From assembly GCA_964640635.1 (NCBI GenBank), contig CAZXFD010000005.1:1-62118 (forward strand): a stretch of DNA of 62,118 nt, written 5' to 3'. The translations under genes and the position numbers were made by a program. Numbering within the stretch: position 1 is the first letter of the stretch; each line of letters begins with the position of its first letter. Below, one piece after another: positions 57,691 through 62,118 of the stretch. The notes below the pieces were generated by a model. That model saw only the letters and a list, made by a program, of their open reading frames with translations. It did not search any database and was not told the DNA's origin. Source of the stretch: an uncultured Gammaproteobacteria bacterium. Lineage in GTDB: Bacteria; Patescibacteriota; Patescibacteriia; UBA1558; S5-K13.

Positions 57691-58123
57691 GAAAATTTTA
57701 TTACTTGTTATATCGCTTTGTATTGTCTCGGGATGTGCTAATTCTAATAGTGAAGAAACAAAAGGTAAAAATATTTTATTGAAGAATGAAACCATCAAAG
57801 TAGAAATAGCAGATACACAATATCTAAGAGAGAGAGGGCTTTCTTATAGAACTGATTTGTGTAAGGAGTGTGGCATGCTTTTTCTTTTTAAAAGCTATAA
57901 AAATTATGCATTTTGGATGAAGGACATGAATTTTCCGCTGGATATAATTTATTTGAAAGATAATAAAGTTGTTGAAATTTTTAAATCAGTTCCCCTTACA
58001 ACTGGAGATAAAATAACTCAAATTTATCCTCAAAATGAGGCTAATATGGTCTTGGAGCTAAACTCGGGATGGTCAGATAGTCACAATCTAGAGATAGGGG
58101 ACAATATTGACATTTTAGATTAA
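57677..58123 (+). CDS. DUF192 family lipoprotein
   Basis: Lipobox IVSG|C; VEIADT...ERGLS.R, GMLFLF, FWMK.M.FPLDII, VLELNSG. Confidence 0.9.
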   Translation: MQKFKKILLLVISLCIVSGCANSNSEETKGKNILLKNETIKVEIADTQYLRERGLSYRTDLCKECGMLFLFKSYKNYAFWMKDMNFPLDIIYLKDNKVVEIFKSVPLTTGDKITQIYPQNEANMVLELNSGWSDSHNLEIGDNIDILD

Positions 58124-58173
58124 ATGTATTAACATTATTACACGATAATAATTCAATTACTAAGTATAACAAT

Positions 58174-58509
58174 ATGGAAAAAACAGTAGCTAAAGACTTA
58201 AAAATAGCCATTATAAGGACAGGTGGTAAACAATACAAAGTCAAAGAAGGTAGTAAAGTAAAAGTAGAAAAACTAGAAGGTGAGCTAGAATCAAAGATAA
58301 TCTTGGAGGATGTTTTATTTATCTCAGACGCAGATGGAGAAAACATTGAACTTGGAACCCCAGTATTAGATAGAAAAATTGAAGCAAAAATAATCAAACA
58401 AGCAAGAGCTCCTAAGATAAGGGTGGTAAAATACAAGAACAAGACAAGATATCATAAGGCATATGGTCACAGACAGCACTTTACAGAGCTTGAAATCACA
58501 AAAATATAA
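58174..58509 (+). CDS. rplU: 50S ribosomal protein L21
   Basis: AII.TGGKQYKV, GTPVL, GHRQ.FTEL.I. Confidence 0.97.
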   Translation: MEKTVAKDLKIAIIRTGGKQYKVKEGSKVKVEKLEGELESKIILEDVLFISDADGENIELGTPVLDRKIEAKIIKQARAPKIRVVKYKNKTRYHKAYGHRQHFTELEITKI

Positions 58510-58528
58510 GAATATCACGTATTATATA

Positions 58529-58556
58529 AAAAAGTCCCTAATAAGGGATTTTTTTG
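58529..58556 (+). terminator. Intrinsic terminator after rplU
   Basis: AAGTCCCT/AGGGATTT stem plus T-run. Confidence 0.65.
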
Positions 58557-58623
58557 TGTTTCTGGGTATACTTGATTTATCTAATATAATATGATTTAAT
58601 TATATGTTAAAAAAGGAGGAATC

Positions 58624-58830
58624 ATGGAAAATATGCCATTTTTGCACAATATCATTTTTTACGTGTTGTTATTGCTTTGTATGCTTGAGGGCCTTGGAAG
58701 AATATTGGGGAAAAAAGGACTTGGCGTAAAAGCGGGTAAGAAGATTATACGAGGCTTAATTAATTTATTAGCCCTTGTATTTAGAGAGGGCGGTAAGGTT
58801 CTTTTAAAATTAGCTAAATCAATTAAGTAA
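58624..58830 (+). CDS. Small orphan membrane protein
   Basis: AAGGAGG before ATG; TM plus amphipathic basic helix; terminator AACCGAG/CTCGGTT at about 58830-58860. Confidence 0.65.
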   Translation: MENMPFLHNIIFYVLLLLCMLEGLGRILGKKGLGVKAGKKIIRGLINLLALVFREGGKVLLKLAKSIK

Positions 58831-58913
58831 ACCGAGCAAAAAACTCGGTTTATTTTTTTTGCTTATTTATAGAAGATGAGATTGAGTTATGATACGGGAT
58901 TGAACTTTTTAGT

Positions 58914-59112
58914 GATAGATTTTGTATGTGCAGATTTTTTTCTTTTCCACCCTTTTCTAGAAAAGGGTGGAGCCTAAAAGTCGCGAGCAGTACAAGAATT
59001 TTAAAATTTATCATTTCGTCAAACTAAAACTTCAAAATGTTACCTATCGGTAACTTGAAGTTTTTTGACGTTTGACTTCATTCAAATTTTATAAAATTCT
59101 TATAAGTTCGCA
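58914..59112. mobile_element. 199-bp palindrome plus long-hairpin element, copy A
   Basis: 78/79 identity with 60185-60263; 24-bp palindrome CCACCCTTTTCTAGAAAAGGGTGG; 129-nt hairpin closed by GCGAGC/GTTCGC. Confidence 0.7.
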
Positions 59113-59257
59113 AACAAATAACATAGTATACGTTTTATTAATAACATTATAATATAATAAGTGTTTGAGCGTGGATTTCGGTTTCGCTTTTCTCGAGTCT
59201 AAGCGATCTCGGAGTCGAATACAAGACACTCAATTCTAATTAAAAATGTTTCTCTCG

Positions 59258-59338
59258 TGCCCTTCGGCAAGCTCAGGGCATTCGTCTCGCTTTTATATGT
59301 AAGTGGCGGAACGCCATGAGCGAGCGAAGCGAGTCGAA
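59258..59338 (-). mobile_element. Non-coding element abutting tRNA-Val CCA end
   Basis: TTCGACTCGCTTCGCTCGCTCATGG...CGAATGCCCTGAGC..CGAAGGGCA, homologous to 17446-17544. Confidence 0.65.
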
Positions 59339-59414
59339 TGGTGGGCATGAGAGGATTTGAACCTCTGACTTTCACGATGTGAACGTGACACTCTAACCAC
59401 TGAGTTACATGCCC
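59339..59414 (-). tRNA. tRNA-Val(CAC)
   Basis: GGGCATG/CATGCCC acceptor, TCACG-TTCACAT-CGTGA anticodon arm, TTCAAAT T-loop, encoded CCA. Confidence 0.95.
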
Positions 59415-59507
59415 AAGTTAATTTTGAATGATGAGTAAATTTTGAATTAAGAATTATGAATTATTTGAGTTTTTAGTAAATTTTTATAAGCTCGCAAATA
59501 AAATTCA

Positions 59508-60083
59508 TTATAATATTATTTCATTTAATAGTTTTGGAAATTCATTTGTTTTCATATCCCCCAGTGTATAGTGACCATGATTTGGAAACTCTATTATTTT
59601 TCCACCCAATGCATTATGAAATATTTTTAAGCTCTTTTTACCATCTTCTTCTTCATCGTTTGATGTAAACATTATAATTTCTTTAACTCTTGAAACGATA
59701 GATTTATCAATATCATATTCATAAAATGTTTTATCAGCACCATCATTTCTATATGGAAGCTTCCAAGGTGCTACAAGTATAAGTTTTGGAATTTGTTTCT
59801 TTGTTTCTCCTAGATAACGAACCAAGAAAGCACATCCGCAACTATGACCTATTAAAATAGTATTTTCTGAAACGTCATATTTTTCAAGTTCTTTTTTGAA
59901 TTTTTCATAATCTGGTTTCCATGGTTCTGGCATTTGAGGAGTTGAAACATTAATTTTGTTTTCAACTAATTTTTCTTTAAGCCATGGGATCCAATGCTTA
60001 TCATACGTGCGAGTTTCTACATTCATTGCTTTTTCTTCATCTCCTGGACAGCCATGAATGATTATGCAATTTATATTTTTCAT
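59508..60083 (-). CDS. Alpha/beta hydrolase, RBBP9/YdeN family
   Basis: IIIHG, W..WL, MPEPW.P, GHSCG nucleophile elbow, S.D, GH. Confidence 0.9.
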   Translation of the reverse strand: MKNINCIIIHGCPGDEEKAMNVETRTYDKHWIPWLKEKLVENKINVSTPQMPEPWKPDYEKFKKELEKYDVSENTILIGHSCGCAFLVRYLGETKKQIPKLILVAPWKLPYRNDGADKTFYEYDIDKSIVSRVKEIIMFTSNDEEEDGKKSLKIFHNALGGKIIEFPNHGHYTLGDMKTNEFPKLLNEIIL

Positions 60084-60184
60084 ATATTTTTTATTAATAT
60101 ATTATTTATAAATTATAATACAGAATTTAATATTGGTATAATTGATATAGAATTGAGTTTTGAGACGTAATTGAATTTTTTTGA

Positions 60185-60383
60185 GATAGATTTTGTATGT
60201 GCAGACTTTTTTCTTTTCCACCCTTTTCTAGAAAAGGGTGGAGCCTAAAAGTCGCGAGCAGTATAAAAATTTAAAAAACTCTTCGCTTAGTCAAATCAAA
60301 ATTTTTACACTCGTCATACCTATTCCTCATGAAAATTTTGTTTGCCTTCACTCGAGTTTTTAGTAAATTTTTATAAGCTCGCA
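60185..60383. mobile_element. 199-bp palindrome plus long-hairpin element, copy B
   Basis: Same 5' 79 bp as copy A; hairpin closed by GCGAGC/GCTCGC; last 30 bp repeated at 59467-59496. Confidence 0.7.
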
Positions 60384-60433
60384 GAATTGATATTTGTAAT
60401 TTGATATTGATTTGACATTTGAAATTTGTAATT

Positions 60434-60467
60434 TTCCGCCATAGGCGGATCAGCCTTTGGCTGAGAA
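60434..60467. repeat. Double-hairpin REP-like element (copy 3)
   Basis: Reverse complement is 32/34 identical to 37116-37149. Confidence 0.85.
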
Positions 60468-60468
60468 A

Positions 60469-61062
60469 TTACTTTACCTCTCTTCTATTCTCTAGGGCAG
60501 AGGATAGGGTTATTTCGTCGGTGTATTCGATATCAGAGCCCATTGGAATTCCACGAGCCAGACGAGTTATTTTGATGTTCATATTTGCTAATATGTTTTT
60601 GAGGTATGTTGTAGTTGCCTCACCTTGTATGTTTGAGTCGAAAGCAAGAATTAGCTCATCTACATCATTAGTTTTTATTCTATTTATGAGCTCTTTTATA
60701 AAAAGTCTATCAGGAGTTATGCCCATTATAGGATCAATTAACCCACCCAGTATATGAAAGACGCCATTGAACTTTTTCATGTTTTCAATTGTTTCTAAAT
60801 CTGTTGCAGTTGCGACAACGCAGATTATTTTTTGTAATCTTTTTTCATCAGAACATATTGAACAAGGATTTATATCAGAAAAATTATTGCAAATAGAACA
60901 AACTTTTATATCTTTAATAAGTGTGAGGGCATTTATAAATTCATCTATTTTGTTTTTTGATTTTCCAATCAAAGAAACAGCAAGGCGTTCTGCTGTTTTT
61001 GGTCCAATGCCTGGGAGAGTAATAAATTGGTCTATTAAATTTTTGAGAGATTTTGGAAACAT
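60469..61062 (-). CDS. recR: Recombination mediator RecR
   Basis: LPGIGPKTAERL, C..C.N....C.IC, FHILGG, LARG.PMG.DIEY.D..TL..ALE.R. Confidence 0.97.
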   Translation of the reverse strand: MFPKSLKNLIDQFITLPGIGPKTAERLAVSLIGKSKNKIDEFINALTLIKDIKVCSICNNFSDINPCSICSDEKRLQKIICVVATATDLETIENMKKFNGVFHILGGLIDPIMGITPDRLFIKELINRIKTNDVDELILAFDSNIQGEATTTYLKNILANMNIKITRLARGIPMGSDIEYTDEITLSSALENRREVK

Positions 61063-61074
61063 TTATCTGGTAAT

Positions 61075-61104
61075 AACCTCGAAGGTCCTAGGACCCTCGA
61101 GGTT
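61075..61104. repeat. Palindromic stem-loop between ybaB and recR
   Basis: AACCTCGA-AGGTCC-TA-GGACC-C-TCGAGGTT. Confidence 0.7.
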
Positions 61105-61108
61105 GATG

Positions 61109-61396
61109 TTAGAATTTAAAGTCTGGCATTGTTATTTCGCCACTTTTCATTTTTTCAGCCATTATTTTTTGAAGTTTTTTAATAGCATCATTAAATGTAT
61201 CGGGGATATATTTTTCTAATTCAGATTTAGCCATTCCTTCAGGAATGTTTATAGATAGAACATTTTGGTTTCCATCCATTTTGAGTTTGATCCCGTGATT
61301 TTCTATTTCAATTATTTCTTGAGATAGAGTGTTTTGCATTTGTTTTGCTTGAGAACGTAGGTCTTTGATTTGATTCAATTTTGAAAATAAAGTCAT
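61109..61396 (-). CDS. ybaB: YbaB/EbfC nucleoid-associated protein
   Basis: QAK.MQ..L, MDGNQ.V..I.I, FNDAIKK; canonical position upstream of recR. Confidence 0.88.
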   Translation of the reverse strand: MTLFSKLNQIKDLRSQAKQMQNTLSQEIIEIENHGIKLKMDGNQNVLSINIPEGMAKSELEKYIPDTFNDAIKKLQKIMAEKMKSGEITMPDFKF

Positions 61397-61402
61397 TTGT
61401 TT

Positions 61403-61461
61403 GTTTATCCCGCTAAGGCGTGGGTTTATCCCGCTATGCGTGGGTTTGTCCCGCTAAGGCG
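61403..61461. repeat. Three tandem 20-21 bp repeats
   Basis: GTTT(A/G)TCCCGCTA(AG/T)GCG(TGG) x3. Confidence 0.85.
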
Positions 61462-61476
61462 AGTATTATTAAATAA

Positions 61477-62118
61477 TTAATTAAGTTCTTCCGGTATCGA
61501 ATTTTTATCTCTTTCGAGAGTTTTAAAACTTACCGTGTTAAAGTCGAAATATAAATGCACAAGTCCTGTCGGTCCATTTCTGTGTTTTGCGATATGAATT
61601 TCAGCAATGTTTTTTTCTTCAGGAGTAAGATCTTCTAATCTATAATTTCTATCTGCTGCTTTTCTATAAATAAATAAAACTACGTCAGCATCTTGTTCAA
61701 TACTACCGGATTCTCGCAAGTGAGCTAGTTTTGGAATAGCTGGCTTCGATTGTTCTACGGCACGAGAAAGCTGTGAAAGAGCAATAATAGGAATATTGAG
61801 TTCTCTTGCAATACTTTTTAGTCCACGAGTTATCTCAGCAACTTCTTGAACTCTATTTTCTTGACCAGACTTACTTTCCATAAGCTGTAGGTAGTCTATT
61901 ATAAGCACGGAAAGATTATGTTCTAGCTTTAATCTTCTTGCCTTTGTTCGAATTTGCATTATGTTCAATATGCCAGAGTCATCTATAAATATTTTACTAT
62001 CAGCAAGAGTTCCCATAGCTCTTCCAATTCTTGGAAAATCATCATGATCATCTCTATCTGATAAGCGCCCGGTTCTCATTTTCCATAGAGATACACCAGC
62101 CTCAGAACAGAGGATTCT
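61477..62118 (-). CDS. dnaB: Replicative DNA helicase DnaB, C-terminal part (5'-truncated by window)
   Basis: IIDYLQLM, NR.QEV.EITRGLK..ARELN.P, LSQLSR..E, LRESGSIEQDAD, IAKHRNGPTG; frame open to window end. Confidence 0.97.
   Translation of the reverse strand, partial: RILCSEAGVSLWKMRTGRLSDRDDHDDFPRIGRAMGTLADSKIFIDDSGILNIMQIRTKARRLKLEHNLSVLIIDYLQLMESKSGQENRVQEVAEITRGLKSIARELNIPIIALSQLSRAVEQSKPAIPKLAHLRESGSIEQDADVVLFIYRKAADRNYRLEDLTPEEKNIAEIHIAKHRNGPTGLVHLYFDFNTVSFKTLERDKNSIPEELN

Noticed and set aside
58914-60383. Integron attC sites
   Set aside because: No RYYYAAC/GTTRRRY core ends and no integrase in the window.

Overview
AT-rich bacterial chromosome segment using genetic code 11, most consistent with Patescibacteria/CPR (Parcubacteria-like). 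This placement is inferred from the absence of rpmD between rpsE and rplO, the CPR-style type IV pilus locus, SD-less ribosomal-protein starts and a truncated Rel. Left third: three large exported proteins, pilM-N-O-(P)-pilB-receiver-pilT*-pilC, four tandem pilins, tRNA-Arg(GCG), tRNA-Ser(GCT) and a 952-aa surface protein. Middle: rel, topA, folC-like, dprA, a Y1/RAYT transposase, pth, der, an LCP protein, rpmB and an M50 protease, interleaved with self-contained orphan transcription units and an unannotated ~180-nt structured ncRNA. Right half: complete str and S10-spc clusters through secY-adk-map, then ruvX, a MraY/WecA-like gene, DUF192, rplU, tRNA-Val(CAC), an alpha/beta hydrolase, recR, ybaB and partial dnaB. 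Best novelty candidates: (i) the ncRNA displaying a CCUCCU anti-SD loop in a genome where essentially only orphan cassettes carry AGGAGG; (ii) a pilT-position ATPase with all catalytic motifs lost; (iii) a stand-alone triple ubiquitin-like protein; (iv) several families of non-coding palindromic or periodic elements at tRNA 3' ends, inside the RAYT gene and in most r-protein spacers. No rRNA, CRISPR array, integrase or reverse transcriptase is visible. All family assignments are by motif recognition, not database search.
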